Positions 10,204 to 20,321 of a stretch of 64,000 nucleotides of DNA are shown piece after piece. The stretch lies in IMG/VR virus record IMGVR_UViG_3300032324_000909, positions 76,532 through 140,531 of that record. One strand, 5' to 3'. Position numbers and translations under genes: made by a program. The notes under the pieces were generated by a model. The model had not been told where the DNA came from and ran no database searches. It saw nothing but the letters and a program-made list of their open reading frames with translations. Source of the DNA: a virus. Lineage: Duplodnaviria; Caudoviricetes. Position 1 is the first letter of the stretch. Each line of letters begins with the position of its first letter.

Positions 10204-11102
10204 ACCTAATAGATATATTGCGCAGTGCTGGTTGTCAGCCTAGAAACCATGGTACATATTTAACATGTACTGCGAAATATCGTGGTGGCGATGACCCAAC
10301 TTCTGTTGCCGTTTATTTACAAACAAATACTGTTCATGATTTCGTTACTAGCAAAACAATGTCACTTGAGGATTTTTTGAAGAAGACGTTAAATTTAAAA
10401 TCTTACGAACAAGTAGAAAAAATAATAAATGGAACAAAAGAGTATTACTCATCCTGTTTCGCATCAATAGATGATCAAGACCCATTCAATAAAACGGTAA
10501 AATACTATTCTAACGATGATATTTTATCCCTCAAGGATGATCATTCTTACTGGAATGGTAGAGGAATAAAAAATGATACCTTAAAAGTATTCCAGAGTGG
10601 AGTATGTGGTAGTGGTAAAATGCAAAATAGGTATGTTTTTCCAATTTTTAATTCTAGAAAAAAAATAGAAGGATTCTCGGGAAGAGATGTATCTGGAAGT
10701 TCAAAAATCAAGTGGAAACATATTGGCAAAAAGAACGACTGGGCATATCCATTAGTTTTTAGTTATAAATATATAAACGATAAAAATGAAATTATATTAG
10801 TTGAAAGCATAGGAGACATGTTGTCATTGTGGCAATCTGGAATCAAAAATATAGGGATAACATTTGGAACTGATATAGGCAATGGTTTAATAAAAGCAAT
10901 ATTGCGCTTAGACCCAAAAAGTATTATTATTGCAACTAATAATGATGCAAACCAAGCCGGACAGAAAGCAGCGAAAGGAATCAAGGAAAAACTTACTGAA
11001 TTTTTTGACGAAAATCAAATCAAAATCGCGCACCCTATCAAGAATGATTTCGGTGAACAGAATGATCAGGAAAACATTAGCTGGTACAACAATTTAAAAT
11101 AA
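10200..11102 (+). CDS. dnaG: DNA primase (TOPRIM)
   Basis: RYVFPI, GFSGR, LVESIGD, TNNDANQAG; follows helicase. Confidence 0.85.
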   Translation: MNLIDILRSAGCQPRNHGTYLTCTAKYRGGDDPTSVAVYLQTNTVHDFVTSKTMSLEDFLKKTLNLKSYEQVEKIINGTKEYYSSCFASIDDQDPFNKTVKYYSNDDILSLKDDHSYWNGRGIKNDTLKVFQSGVCGSGKMQNRYVFPIFNSRKKIEGFSGRDVSGSSKIKWKHIGKKNDWAYPLVFSYKYINDKNEIILVESIGDMLSLWQSGIKNIGITFGTDIGNGLIKAILRLDPKSIIIATNNDANQAGQKAAKGIKEKLTEFFDENQIKIAHPIKNDFGEQNDQENISWYNNLK

Positions 11103-11103
11103 T

Positions 11104-11589
11104 ATGAACTGGACAGAATACTACATACGCCATCAATATTTGGCATCTCAGAAAAGCAAAGACCCTAGCACTAAAATTGGTGCCGTACTAGTTCGTGATA
11201 ATAATATCATATCAATTGGATATAACGGCTTCCCAAGAGGAGTAAAAGATACCGAGGAGAGACTAAATAACAGAGAAGATAAATATTTTTATATTACCCA
11301 CGCAGAACATAACTCTATTCTTTCGGCGGCTAGAAATGGAATTGCCACCAAGGGTTCTGCGCTTTATACTTCTGGAATGCCATGTAATGAATGTGCCAAA
11401 GCAATCATTCAGGCCGGAATAAACACTGTGGTACTGCACGAGCAATATCCAACACTGTCACATGGAAAGTGGTCAAAATCAGTATCAAAAGCCGAAGAAA
11501 TGTTTGCCGAGGCGGGAGTTACAATATTATTGTTAAATAAAGAACTAGGAATTAAGTGCCTAATCAACGGAGAAGAAGTTGCCGTATGA
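11104..11589 (+). CDS. dCMP deaminase
   Basis: SKDPSTKIGA, GYNGFPRG, HAE, PCNEC. Confidence 0.92.
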   Translation: MNWTEYYIRHQYLASQKSKDPSTKIGAVLVRDNNIISIGYNGFPRGVKDTEERLNNREDKYFYITHAEHNSILSAARNGIATKGSALYTSGMPCNECAKAIIQAGINTVVLHEQYPTLSHGKWSKSVSKAEEMFAEAGVTILLLNKELGIKCLINGEEVAV

Positions 11590-12587
11590 GCGAAGAACTA
11601 GTTAGGCTTTCTGCAAGTAGAATTAAAACCCTTCAGTCATGTACTTGGAGTTATTATTCGAATTATGTATTAAAATTGCCACAAACAAATAACTCTGGTG
11701 CAATGAGGGGTACTATTGCGCACTTAATATTTGAAATCCTCTCAAACCCAAGGCATCACAAGTATGTAAAAAAAATAATAAAAAAAGAAACATGCAAGGC
11801 CGTTCCCTCTGTTTGGAATCTTATATTCAAGACCGCAAGAAAAATTGGACTAGATTTAGATGAAATGGTAAAGCCCCTTAAGAAGGAGCCAGAAGTTACG
11901 AATCTAAAATGTATAGATCAAATGATTTTAGTTGGTTTAAAGTTTGATTTTATCAATATAGATGGATTTATAGGTAGTGAGTGGGCTTTTGATATTACAA
12001 ACGAAAGTCCAAAATATAGAATTGTAGGATTTGTTGATAGACTTTTAAAAGACAAGGATGGAAAATTAATAGTAAGAGATTATAAAAGCAGTAAAAAAAC
12101 ATTTGATACCGCAGAACTTGAAAGTAATCTGCAATCAATGATGTATTCCCTAGCCCTTAAGAAAAAATATCCAAATCAATATAAGGAAATTATTGCGAAA
12201 TTTCTTTTCTTGAGATACCCAAATGATCCAGAAAAATCTTCTCCAGCTTTTTCAGATAACGAACTTGATGGGTTTGAGCATTATCTAGAATATACTTCTA
12301 ATTTATTACAATCATTTAACGAACAATCTGCAAAATCCAATTTTGCAAAAAACGAGTTCAGTAAAAAGTGGATGTGTAAAACAAAATCTGGATGGAAGTG
12401 TCCATATCTTGAAGCAATGAATTATAAAGTTTTACTTGATAAAGATAAAAAAATAATTAAATCAGTATTTGCCTCGGAAGATATTAACGCAGAAGACATT
12501 AAGGAAGGTTTTACTGTCGAGGAAAGGAGATACGAAGGGTGTCCGGCTTGGGAAGTGAAAAAACAAAAAGATGCATTTGACTTCTAA
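11586..12587 (+). CDS. PD-(D/E)XK exonuclease (AddB/Cas4-like)
   Basis: LSASRI, RGTIAH, GFVDRL...DYKS, distributed Cys; ATG 11586 overlaps upstream stop. Confidence 0.82.
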   Translation: MSEELVRLSASRIKTLQSCTWSYYSNYVLKLPQTNNSGAMRGTIAHLIFEILSNPRHHKYVKKIIKKETCKAVPSVWNLIFKTARKIGLDLDEMVKPLKKEPEVTNLKCIDQMILVGLKFDFINIDGFIGSEWAFDITNESPKYRIVGFVDRLLKDKDGKLIVRDYKSSKKTFDTAELESNLQSMMYSLALKKKYPNQYKEIIAKFLFLRYPNDPEKSSPAFSDNELDGFEHYLEYTSNLLQSFNEQSAKSNFAKNEFSKKWMCKTKSGWKCPYLEAMNYKVLLDKDKKIIKSVFASEDINAEDIKEGFTVEERRYEGCPAWEVKKQKDAFDF

Positions 12588-12605
12588 TAAAAATATTGAT
12601 AATAT
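12577..12605 (+). promoter_or_regulatory. sigma70-type promoter, leaderless geometry
   Basis: TTGACT-17-TAATAT, ATG 6 nt later. Confidence 0.6.
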
Positions 12606-12611
12606 AGAAAT

Positions 12612-13175
12612 ATGGAATATATCTGCGTAAACCAAATTAACGAGCACGGCCTTAGAAAGTTTCGTCAAGAGTTCTGGAACCTAGACAGGAATACCGATCA
12701 ACCTATAATACCAATAGTTATTGATTGTTATGGTGGTGAAGTTTATTCTGTTCTTGGAATGGTTAGTATCATAAAGAGCACTGAAAAGCAAGTATGCACA
12801 ATAGTAGACTCAAAAGCAATGAGCGCCGCCGCAATCCTGCTGAGCTGTGGAACAAAGGGGCTTAGATTCGCAAGTGAATATGCGCACATCATGGTTCACG
12901 AAGTTCTCACTGGCACTGGCCAAACAAAAGTTAGCGATGTGAATATTGATACAAACCATGCTCTCGCACTTAATAAACAGTTATTTTCCATTCTAGATAA
13001 AAATTGCGGAAAGGCTAGTGGCTTCTTTTACAGGGCTGTAGAAAGTAATAAAAATAGTAATTTATATCTAAACGCGAAACAGGCTAAAAAGTATGGTATC
13101 GTTGATCATATTGATAGTCCTAGATTAAATATTTCCAGAGAATACTCCATATCTACACTAATTAATCAAGGTTAA
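12612..13175 (+). CDS. clpP: ClpP-like protease subunit
   Basis: IDCYGGEV, AMSAAA (Ser), IMVHE (His), AKKYGIVD. Confidence 0.85.
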   Translation: MEYICVNQINEHGLRKFRQEFWNLDRNTDQPIIPIVIDCYGGEVYSVLGMVSIIKSTEKQVCTIVDSKAMSAAAILLSCGTKGLRFASEYAHIMVHEVLTGTGQTKVSDVNIDTNHALALNKQLFSILDKNCGKASGFFYRAVESNKNSNLYLNAKQAKKYGIVDHIDSPRLNISREYSISTLINQG

Positions 13176-13921
13176 TGATACCAATATTTAGATCAAATTA
13201 TTCTCTAACGTCCATACTAACCCTTGATAAGGGTACGGATATTAGCGATAGGAAATTGAATCGAGCAGATTCAGTATTTGATATCTGTAAAGATAACGAT
13301 ATTAAAGATGTTTTTATTGCAGACAATAATTTAAGCGGCATGGTTGAAGCGTATGAAAACGCATCTAATGCTGGTCTAAATCTACGTTATGGCCTTAGAG
13401 TAAGCGTATGTAATAATATAGAAGATAAAACAGATGCCTCTACTCAAACAGAAGGCAAGTTGATTATTTTCGCTAAAAGCAATAGCTTTACCGATCTAGT
13501 TAAACTTCATAATATCTCAACTACTATTGGTAATTTTAATGGTAAGCCACGGTTAGATTATAATATCTTAAAAAAGAATTGGACTAAAAATTTATTAATG
13601 CTAATTCCATTTTACGATTCATTTATATTCAATAATTTATTACATGGTCACTATTGTATTCCGGACATAGATTTTACAAGCCCATATATTTCAATAGAAA
13701 ATAACAATTTACCATTTGACAGCATTGTAAAAAAACAGATACAATCAAGTATAAAGTATGACCAGATAGAAAGTAAGACTATCTATTATAATAATAAATC
13801 AGATTTTAATGCTTATATGACTTATAGATGTATTTTAAATAGATCAAACTTTCAGAAGCCGGAACTATCCCACTTTGGAAGCAATGAATTCTGTATGGAG
13901 GCAATGAACAATGCAAGATAA
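13175..13921 (+). CDS. stand-alone PHP domain of DNA polymerase III alpha (degenerate metal ligands)
   Basis: FRSNYSL, ADNNLSGMVEAY, YGLRV, PRLD match the DnaE N-terminus. Confidence 0.75.
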   Translation: MIPIFRSNYSLTSILTLDKGTDISDRKLNRADSVFDICKDNDIKDVFIADNNLSGMVEAYENASNAGLNLRYGLRVSVCNNIEDKTDASTQTEGKLIIFAKSNSFTDLVKLHNISTTIGNFNGKPRLDYNILKKNWTKNLLMLIPFYDSFIFNNLLHGHYCIPDIDFTSPYISIENNNLPFDSIVKKQIQSSIKYDQIESKTIYYNNKSDFNAYMTYRCILNRSNFQKPELSHFGSNEFCMEAMNNAR

Positions 13922-14543
13922 TCTTTTACGCTTTCAGAAAAAACAGAAATATTTAATTTTCGACACTGAAACCGAAAGTTTAAACTTGGCAAATTCAAGG
14001 CCTTGGCAATTAAGCTGGTCAATTGCAGAAGGTAATAAAATTATAAAAAATGAAGATAGATTTATTTATTGGGATGATTTAAAGATGTCTGATGGTGCCG
14101 CCAAAATAACACGCTTTGATAGGGCGGCTTGGGCAAAAAAGTCAGAAGATCCTAAAAAGGTTGTTACTGATTTTGATAAATATCTTTATAATAAAGACTA
14201 TATAATTATTGGCGCAAACCTACTTGGTTTCGATGTTTATCAACACAATAACTTAAGAAAGGCGGCGGGATTAGAGACTGATTATTCTTATGTAGATAGA
14301 ATTCTTGATGTACAATCAATGCAAAAGGGTATATACTTAGGGCTTAAATCAATACCCGAAGACCGTAGTGGTTGGAATTTTCAAATGCAAAACTTTAGAC
14401 AAAGAGGATTAAAGACATCTGTCAAACATCTTTGTAGCGTATATGAAATACCATACGATGAAAATCGTGCGCATGATGCTATTTATGATAATGAATTAGT
14501 ATTTTCTATTTTCAAAAAACAAATTTTTTCAATCGAAGTATGA
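13911..14543 (+). CDS. DEDDh 3'-5' exonuclease (DnaQ-like)
   Basis: IFDTETE, GANLLGFD, AHDAIYD. Confidence 0.88.
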   Translation: MQDNLLRFQKKQKYLIFDTETESLNLANSRPWQLSWSIAEGNKIIKNEDRFIYWDDLKMSDGAAKITRFDRAAWAKKSEDPKKVVTDFDKYLYNKDYIIIGANLLGFDVYQHNNLRKAAGLETDYSYVDRILDVQSMQKGIYLGLKSIPEDRSGWNFQMQNFRQRGLKTSVKHLCSVYEIPYDENRAHDAIYDNELVFSIFKKQIFSIEV

Positions 14544-17077
14544 ACAATAAATTTCTTAAAGAATTCAGTCAAATAAAAATAGATAACATCAACTTGGTTC
14601 GCTTGCCAAGCATTGATCTTACGGATAGTGAGAAAAACATTATTGCGAAACCTGTAAATAATAATGATGAATTTTTACAACAGTTAATTAACCAAGGCTG
14701 GATCTCTTTTAGAGATAAGGTAAATAAAGATTTATGGCCTAAATATATCGAGAGACTTCAAGAAGAATTCGTAATTGTTCAGGATCTAGGATTTGTGGAT
14801 TATTTTCTGTTAGTTTGGAGGGTAATTAACAAAGCACGACAAATGGGCGCATTCATTGATTGGGGTCGTGGTAGTGCGGCTGGTAGTTTAATATTCTTTT
14901 TGATTGGGGTAACAGGGGTTGACCCAATAGATAAAAAACTATTTTTTACACGATTTATTTCGAGAGTAAGAGCAAAGAAGGAAATTATTGATGGTGTGAC
15001 ATATATACAGGGAGATCTTGCTCCAGACGTTGATATTAACTTGGGTGGCGTTAGGGAAGAGATAATTGAATGGCTAAAATCTTGCTATCCGAACAAGGTT
15101 GCTAAAATTGCAGCACTTTCAACTTTTTCTGGTAAAATTCTAGTAAAAGATGTTTTTAAAATAATAAATGAAGCTACAGAAGAAATGGCTTCTGACCTAT
15201 CCGACACCATTGGCAAAACCTTTGGAGTAGTTGAGGATATTGAGGACTCTTACAAGAATAGCGAAAAGTTTAAAGAATGGGCGGACTCGTACCCCGAGTC
15301 TTATAGAGTGGCCCTTAAGTTAAGAGATCTAATTCGTGGTAAATCAACACATGCTAGTGGATATTTCATATCTTATTCATCATTAAACGAATTTATTCCA
15401 GTAGAATTAAATAAAGAAGGTGAGATAAGTATTTCTTACGAAATGAACACTGCCGCAAAATTTGGCATTAAGCTTGATCTTCTTGGTCTAACAAGTAATG
15501 AAATTATTAAAGATATTTTCGAAAATATTCCAGAATCAATTGAAGATATCGAGCTTGATACAAATATTGATGTTTATAAACATTTACAAAGCGATAATTT
15601 AAAACCCTACGGCCTTTATCAAATCAGTGCTGATTGCGCGTATAGAGTATGTCAAAAAATCAAACCAGCAAATATTCAGGAACTTAGCGATGTAAACGCT
15701 ATAGCTCGACCTGGCGCGCTAGCATATGAAGATAAATATGTCTGTATGTCAGGTGAGCCGCCACACGAGAAATTGAGGGAGGTTTTTGCGGAAAGTAGAA
15801 ATCTTCCGCTTTATCAAGAACAACTTATTCAAAGTCTGGTGGCCGTTGGGTTTTCAGCAGATGAGGGGGAAATCATTAGACGAGTTATTGGCAAAAAGAA
15901 GCGTGATGAGATGCCCAAATGGAAGGATAGAGTATTTGAAACTTGTGAAAAGAATGGATTCGGTGAGCAAGTAGCAGAGGCTATTTGGAAGGTTTGTAGC
16001 GATTCGGCGGACTATTCATTCAATAAGTCACATTCAATGGCAACAGCTTACCTTGGCGCGCTTACCGTCTATCTTAAGTATAAATATCCATTACAATTCT
16101 TTACAGCATGTCTAAATGCTAGCCAGCGTCTTCCAGACCCAATGGAGGAAATTAGAAAAATGCAGCAAGAACTTCCCCATTTTGGAATTAAGTTGCTACC
16201 CCCACACTTATTAAAGTCTGACATGAAATTTAAAATAGATGGAAATAATATTCGTTATGGACTAAGCGCAATTAAGGGGGTTTCAGATAGCGCGATGGAA
16301 AAATTAATCAAATTCCGTGGCGAATATGATAGCAAGATCGACTGTTTTGTTGCCGCAAAACAGGCAGGTTTAAATATTGGAGTGCTTTCCTCTTTGATAC
16401 AGGCTGGTTCTTTAGATGATTTAGAAACGAAAAGAACTAGGCTAGTTCTTGAGGCACAAACCTATAATTTACTAACTGATAGAGAGAAGCGTTTAGTTAA
16501 AGATGTACATGACGACACGGATAATAAGGATATCTTGCTAATCATTAAGCTATTGAATGACAAAGCTCAGATTAAGGATAGTCGTTTTGAAACTATAAAA
16601 AGTAAATATAATACCTATAAGGATATCTATATGCTAAATAGTAGAAACGAAGACGTAACAAATTATTTCTACGAAAGAAATTGCCTTGGTTTTAGCTATA
16701 GCCAAAACCTAACAAGACTATTTAAAAAGAAAAATAATGAATTCAATACCATAGAGTATATTAAACAAAATAGAAAGGAAAATGACAAAGTTTTAGCGGT
16801 TGGGCAAGTGCTTGAGTGCAAGCAGTCCAAATCCAAGAATGGTAATAAATTCTATAAAGCGGTAGTCGCAGATGACACGGGAACAATTACTTGTTTATTA
16901 TTTGATGGAAAGCAGGGGTTATTAGATGAATGTAAGTATGATAATGGAGGTAGTTTTCCAGAGGAAGGCGATATAGTAGCTATTAAGGGTAGATTAAAGG
17001 GCAGTGATGCAATCTTTGCTGACAAGATCATCAAGCAAGACTGCAAGATATACAAGAATATGCGTGATTTAAAATAA
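14540..17077 (+). CDS. dnaE: DNA polymerase III alpha catalytic part lacking PHP
   Basis: GRGSAAGSL, PDVDIN, KLDLLGL, YSFNKSH, C-terminal OB fold. Confidence 0.95.
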   Translation: MNNKFLKEFSQIKIDNINLVRLPSIDLTDSEKNIIAKPVNNNDEFLQQLINQGWISFRDKVNKDLWPKYIERLQEEFVIVQDLGFVDYFLLVWRVINKARQMGAFIDWGRGSAAGSLIFFLIGVTGVDPIDKKLFFTRFISRVRAKKEIIDGVTYIQGDLAPDVDINLGGVREEIIEWLKSCYPNKVAKIAALSTFSGKILVKDVFKIINEATEEMASDLSDTIGKTFGVVEDIEDSYKNSEKFKEWADSYPESYRVALKLRDLIRGKSTHASGYFISYSSLNEFIPVELNKEGEISISYEMNTAAKFGIKLDLLGLTSNEIIKDIFENIPESIEDIELDTNIDVYKHLQSDNLKPYGLYQISADCAYRVCQKIKPANIQELSDVNAIARPGALAYEDKYVCMSGEPPHEKLREVFAESRNLPLYQEQLIQSLVAVGFSADEGEIIRRVIGKKKRDEMPKWKDRVFETCEKNGFGEQVAEAIWKVCSDSADYSFNKSHSMATAYLGALTVYLKYKYPLQFFTACLNASQRLPDPMEEIRKMQQELPHFGIKLLPPHLLKSDMKFKIDGNNIRYGLSAIKGVSDSAMEKLIKFRGEYDSKIDCFVAAKQAGLNIGVLSSLIQAGSLDDLETKRTRLVLEAQTYNLLTDREKRLVKDVHDDTDNKDILLIIKLLNDKAQIKDSRFETIKSKYNTYKDIYMLNSRNEDVTNYFYERNCLGFSYSQNLTRLFKKKNNEFNTIEYIKQNRKENDKVLAVGQVLECKQSKSKNGNKFYKAVVADDTGTITCLLFDGKQGLLDECKYDNGGSFPEEGDIVAIKGRLKGSDAIFADKIIKQDCKIYKNMRDLK

Positions 17078-17100
17078 ATATTGATTTTTATTAATTAAAA

Positions 17101-17108
17101 GTGTAATA
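17101..17108 (+). promoter_or_regulatory. putative late-promoter motif GTGTAATA
   Basis: Recurrent RTGTAA motif upstream of ATG 17126. Confidence 0.55.
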
Positions 17109-17125
17109 ATATATACCATAATTCT

Positions 17126-18427
17126 ATGCCACTTCCTAGCCCCAAAAAACAAGAAAAGCGTTCTGAGTTCGTATCACGTTGTATTGGCGACGACCAAACA
17201 GCTAAAGACTTTCCAGACCAAAAGCAAAGAATTGCTATCTGCTATACGCAGTGGGACAGTGCAAAAAAAGAAGCAACCGCAGTAGTAGGCAGTGGTGATA
17301 ATGAAGTTTTATTTTCCGCCCAAAAAACTTATGGGGGCAAAAAGCGTAGTGAATTAAAAAATAGTGATTTCCTATATCCAAACGAAAGAAGTTTCCCCAT
17401 CGTAACACCAGCTGATGTTAAGGATGCTGTTAGTAGTTTTGGAAGTAGTAAGGGGAAGGATTACAATGATTTTAAGCGTAGACTAGTAAAAAAGGTAAGA
17501 TCAAGAGGTGCTGACTTTGTAAAAGCACTTCCCCAGTCAATTAAGGATGAGTATAAAATCAAAGCCTCTGAAGATACCATTGAAGACTATCAAGCTGAAT
17601 TTCTCGGTATGTCGCTATCTTCATTGAAATCAATTAAAGCTAGGATTGACTCTATTTTCATGGCATTGGAAGCTGACGAGAACGCCAAATATAACTTAAC
17701 AGAGCCTTGGCTACAGGGGAAAATAGCCATTATTGATGACAATCTTAAGGATGTTGCTGATTACATACTATTTACAGACGAATCCGACGAAGATGAAACT
17801 GAATCGGAAACAGAAAACGAGGACACCATGTACACCATGGACACCATGGAGACAGAAGATATAGAGGAAACAGAAAATGAATCCGGCGAAGAAACCGAGA
17901 ACGAAACTGAAGAATATATGACCGCAGAAGATCTTACGGTTGATAATCTTTATATTCCAGAAGAGAGCGAATATGTAAGTAATGAAGAAATTGCCCTTAA
18001 TGAGGCGGATACGTTTCAATACGACATCGCAAAAGAAAGACCCGGTCTTTGGGAGAATATAAGACGCAAGAAAAAAAGAGAGGGGAAAAATTATAAACCA
18101 GCCAAGGTTGGAGATAAAGACCGTCCCTCGCCAGAGGCTTGGGAAAAAGCTCAAGGCGCTGAATACCAAGGCAGTAAAGTTACATTAAATAGGCCATTCA
18201 GAACTCCAAATGGCCCCAAAAAATTTGCGGTGTATACTAAAAATGAAAGTGGTAATGTTGTTATTGTAAGATTCGGTGACCCAAATATGGAAATTAAGCG
18301 CGACATACCACAGCGCAGAGAAAACTTTAGATCAAGACATAATTGTGACAATCCGGGTCCAAAATGGAAAGCAAGATACTGGTCATGCCAGTGGTCTTGG
18401 TCGCCTAGTAAGAAGGTTGGCGCTTAA
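17126..18427 (+). CDS. multi-domain phage protein with acidic linker and DUF6321-like C-terminus
   Basis: MPLPSP...FVSRC...QRIAIC N-term; Glu/Thr tract; TLNRPFR...RFGD...RHNC...ARYWSC. Confidence 0.7.
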   Translation: MPLPSPKKQEKRSEFVSRCIGDDQTAKDFPDQKQRIAICYTQWDSAKKEATAVVGSGDNEVLFSAQKTYGGKKRSELKNSDFLYPNERSFPIVTPADVKDAVSSFGSSKGKDYNDFKRRLVKKVRSRGADFVKALPQSIKDEYKIKASEDTIEDYQAEFLGMSLSSLKSIKARIDSIFMALEADENAKYNLTEPWLQGKIAIIDDNLKDVADYILFTDESDEDETESETENEDTMYTMDTMETEDIEETENESGEETENETEEYMTAEDLTVDNLYIPEESEYVSNEEIALNEADTFQYDIAKERPGLWENIRRKKKREGKNYKPAKVGDKDRPSPEAWEKAQGAEYQGSKVTLNRPFRTPNGPKKFAVYTKNESGNVVIVRFGDPNMEIKRDIPQRRENFRSRHNCDNPGPKWKARYWSCQWSWSPSKKVGA

Positions 18428-18432
18428 TTTAA

Positions 18433-18461
18433 TTGACATTAAATAAATATTAACTTATAAT
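18433..18461 (+). promoter_or_regulatory. consensus sigma70 promoter, leaderless geometry
   Basis: TTGACA-17-TATAAT, ATG 6 nt later. Confidence 0.8.
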
Positions 18462-18467
18462 GCAATA

Positions 18468-18764
18468 ATGAACGCATTATGGACAATTGAAGGTTGTGAC
18501 TGGCAAGAACAGTTAACGGCACCTAAGGATTCTAACCCTATGGAATTAGCCACGCTAGTTATAGAAACTTTAATAAAAAAAAGCAATAGCGCCCTAGACA
18601 TTCCGTCACCACCTAATTTGGGTATGGTAATTATGGTTTCAAATGACAAAATGTCCTCTGTAGACGAGACATATGTTTGCTATACCCCATCAGTTTTGGC
18701 AAATGCTGGTTATTATACCGAAGCAGACAATCTACAAAAAAAGATTGACGGAATGTTAAAATGA
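18468..18764 (+). CDS. hypothetical protein
   Basis: 98-aa ORF behind consensus promoter. Confidence 0.75.
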   Translation: MNALWTIEGCDWQEQLTAPKDSNPMELATLVIETLIKKSNSALDIPSPPNLGMVIMVSNDKMSSVDETYVCYTPSVLANAGYYTEADNLQKKIDGMLK

Positions 18765-18779
18765 TACTATCTTCATTAC

Positions 18780-19031
18780 ATGAAGACAATATTATTAGCA
18801 ATCCTATTAGGAACGAGTTCAGCTTTTTGTTCTGATATCAAACCTCCAGAGTATAGGCAAGTAACAATAATTGGACTTGGCTCAACATCATTTAATGCAT
18901 GTAATGATGCAAATACCAGAATGTACAATAGTAAAAAAAGATTTACAGATCAGTGCAGGGTGGACCTAAGACCATTGCCCAATGGTGGATATATTTCTAT
19001 AATAACCAGAACTGAAAAAATCATACATTAA
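18780..19031 (+). CDS. hypothetical exported protein
   Basis: Signal-peptide-like N-terminus; TTGACG-17-TATCTT upstream. Confidence 0.65.
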   Translation: MKTILLAILLGTSSAFCSDIKPPEYRQVTIIGLGSTSFNACNDANTRMYNSKKRFTDQCRVDLRPLPNGGYISIITRTEKIIH

Positions 19032-19032
19032 A

Positions 19033-20289
19033 ATGTCAAAAGCATTAGATTTCCAAGAATATCAAAAAATTTTAAATTCTTTGGTAAATTATCATGCAAT
19101 ATTTTACCAATTCTGGAGATTAATAAAGCCATGTTTTTCAGAAGAAATCGACACAGCGTGTGTTAGCTTTAATAACGATGGCAAATGTGTGGAATTTTTA
19201 ATTAACGAAGATTTCTGGAAATCTATTTCAGAAAGAAAAAAGCAATTTGTTATTTGTCATGAGTGTATGCATGTAATTAACTCTCACGGCAAACGCGGGA
19301 AGAAAAAACTAGCGCAAAATATTGAACAAGCTAATTGCGCGATGGATATAGTAGTAAATGAGTCACTTGTAAAGTATTTTGGCTTTAATAAAATAGAAAT
19401 AGATCCGAAAAATGAATATGTTTGGTTTAATTCTATATTTAAAAATAAACCAGAAATTTTAAGGGAAAATAGTTTTGAATACTATTTAAATAAAATTATA
19501 GAAGAAAACATAGAGGTTCCACAAAACTCACAATCTTACGTGAACAATCACTCGGGACTAGATATTCCAGAAGATTTCGCACAAAAAATAATAAACTCAC
19601 TTTCTGACGAGGAAGCAGATATTTTAAAAAATATTGCACAAAGAAGTGAGCAGAATAGCAAAAACGAAAATAATAGCGATAAGATAGCTGGATCGCAAAG
19701 TGGCAATTTAATAAAAAAACTAGAAAAGAAACCAATAAAACAAAAATCCAAATGGGAAACAATTATTAAACGGTTTGAAAAAAGTTTTGGAAAAGAAGAA
19801 ACAACCGACTCTTATTGGGCGTTAAGAGATAGAAGGATGTACAATATCATATCTGATATTTGCCTGCCATCTGAAATTGAGTTTAGTATAAGAAAAACAA
19901 ATAAAGACAAAATCAAGACTTATTTTTTTATGGACACAAGTGGCTCATGTCAAGGACTAGCACAACGCTTCTTTGATGCAGCTAACAGTATTAATAAAGA
20001 TAAATTCGATGTTGAGTATTATTGTTTTGATACGCAAGTATACAAAGTCAACATGAAAGATAAAAAATTATTTGGCTTTGGTGGCACGAGCTTTAGGTGT
20101 ATTAGTGATTTTGTATATAAGCAAAAGAACGCAAATCCTTATGTTTGGGTTTTGACTGATGGTTATGGAGACTATCCTCCTATACCTGATAAAGAACAAG
20201 AAAAATGGAGCTGGTTTTTAACCAAGGATAATTGCCAAAGATACATTCCGAGAGGGTGCAAAACATACCTTTTAGAAAATTTTGAGTAG
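19033..20289 (+). CDS. DUF2201-like metallopeptidase + VWA domain protein
   Basis: HECMH, NCAMD, MIDAS DTSGS, GGGTSF-like, LTDGY. Confidence 0.85.
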   Translation: MSKALDFQEYQKILNSLVNYHAIFYQFWRLIKPCFSEEIDTACVSFNNDGKCVEFLINEDFWKSISERKKQFVICHECMHVINSHGKRGKKKLAQNIEQANCAMDIVVNESLVKYFGFNKIEIDPKNEYVWFNSIFKNKPEILRENSFEYYLNKIIEENIEVPQNSQSYVNNHSGLDIPEDFAQKIINSLSDEEADILKNIAQRSEQNSKNENNSDKIAGSQSGNLIKKLEKKPIKQKSKWETIIKRFEKSFGKEETTDSYWALRDRRMYNIISDICLPSEIEFSIRKTNKDKIKTYFFMDTSGSCQGLAQRFFDAANSINKDKFDVEYYCFDTQVYKVNMKDKKLFGFGGTSFRCISDFVYKQKNANPYVWVLTDGYGDYPPIPDKEQEKWSWFLTKDNCQRYIPRGCKTYLLENFE

Positions 20290-20321
20290 ACATTTATACA
20301 AAAATGAAATAATATACCTTT

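Noticed and set aside
11586-12587. Cas4 as evidence of CRISPR-Cas
   Set aside because: Stand-alone PD-(D/E)XK nuclease in a replication operon, common in phages.
13175-17077. Split intein or group I intron in dnaE
   Set aside because: No intein terminal motifs, and genes abut or overlap with no room for intron RNA.
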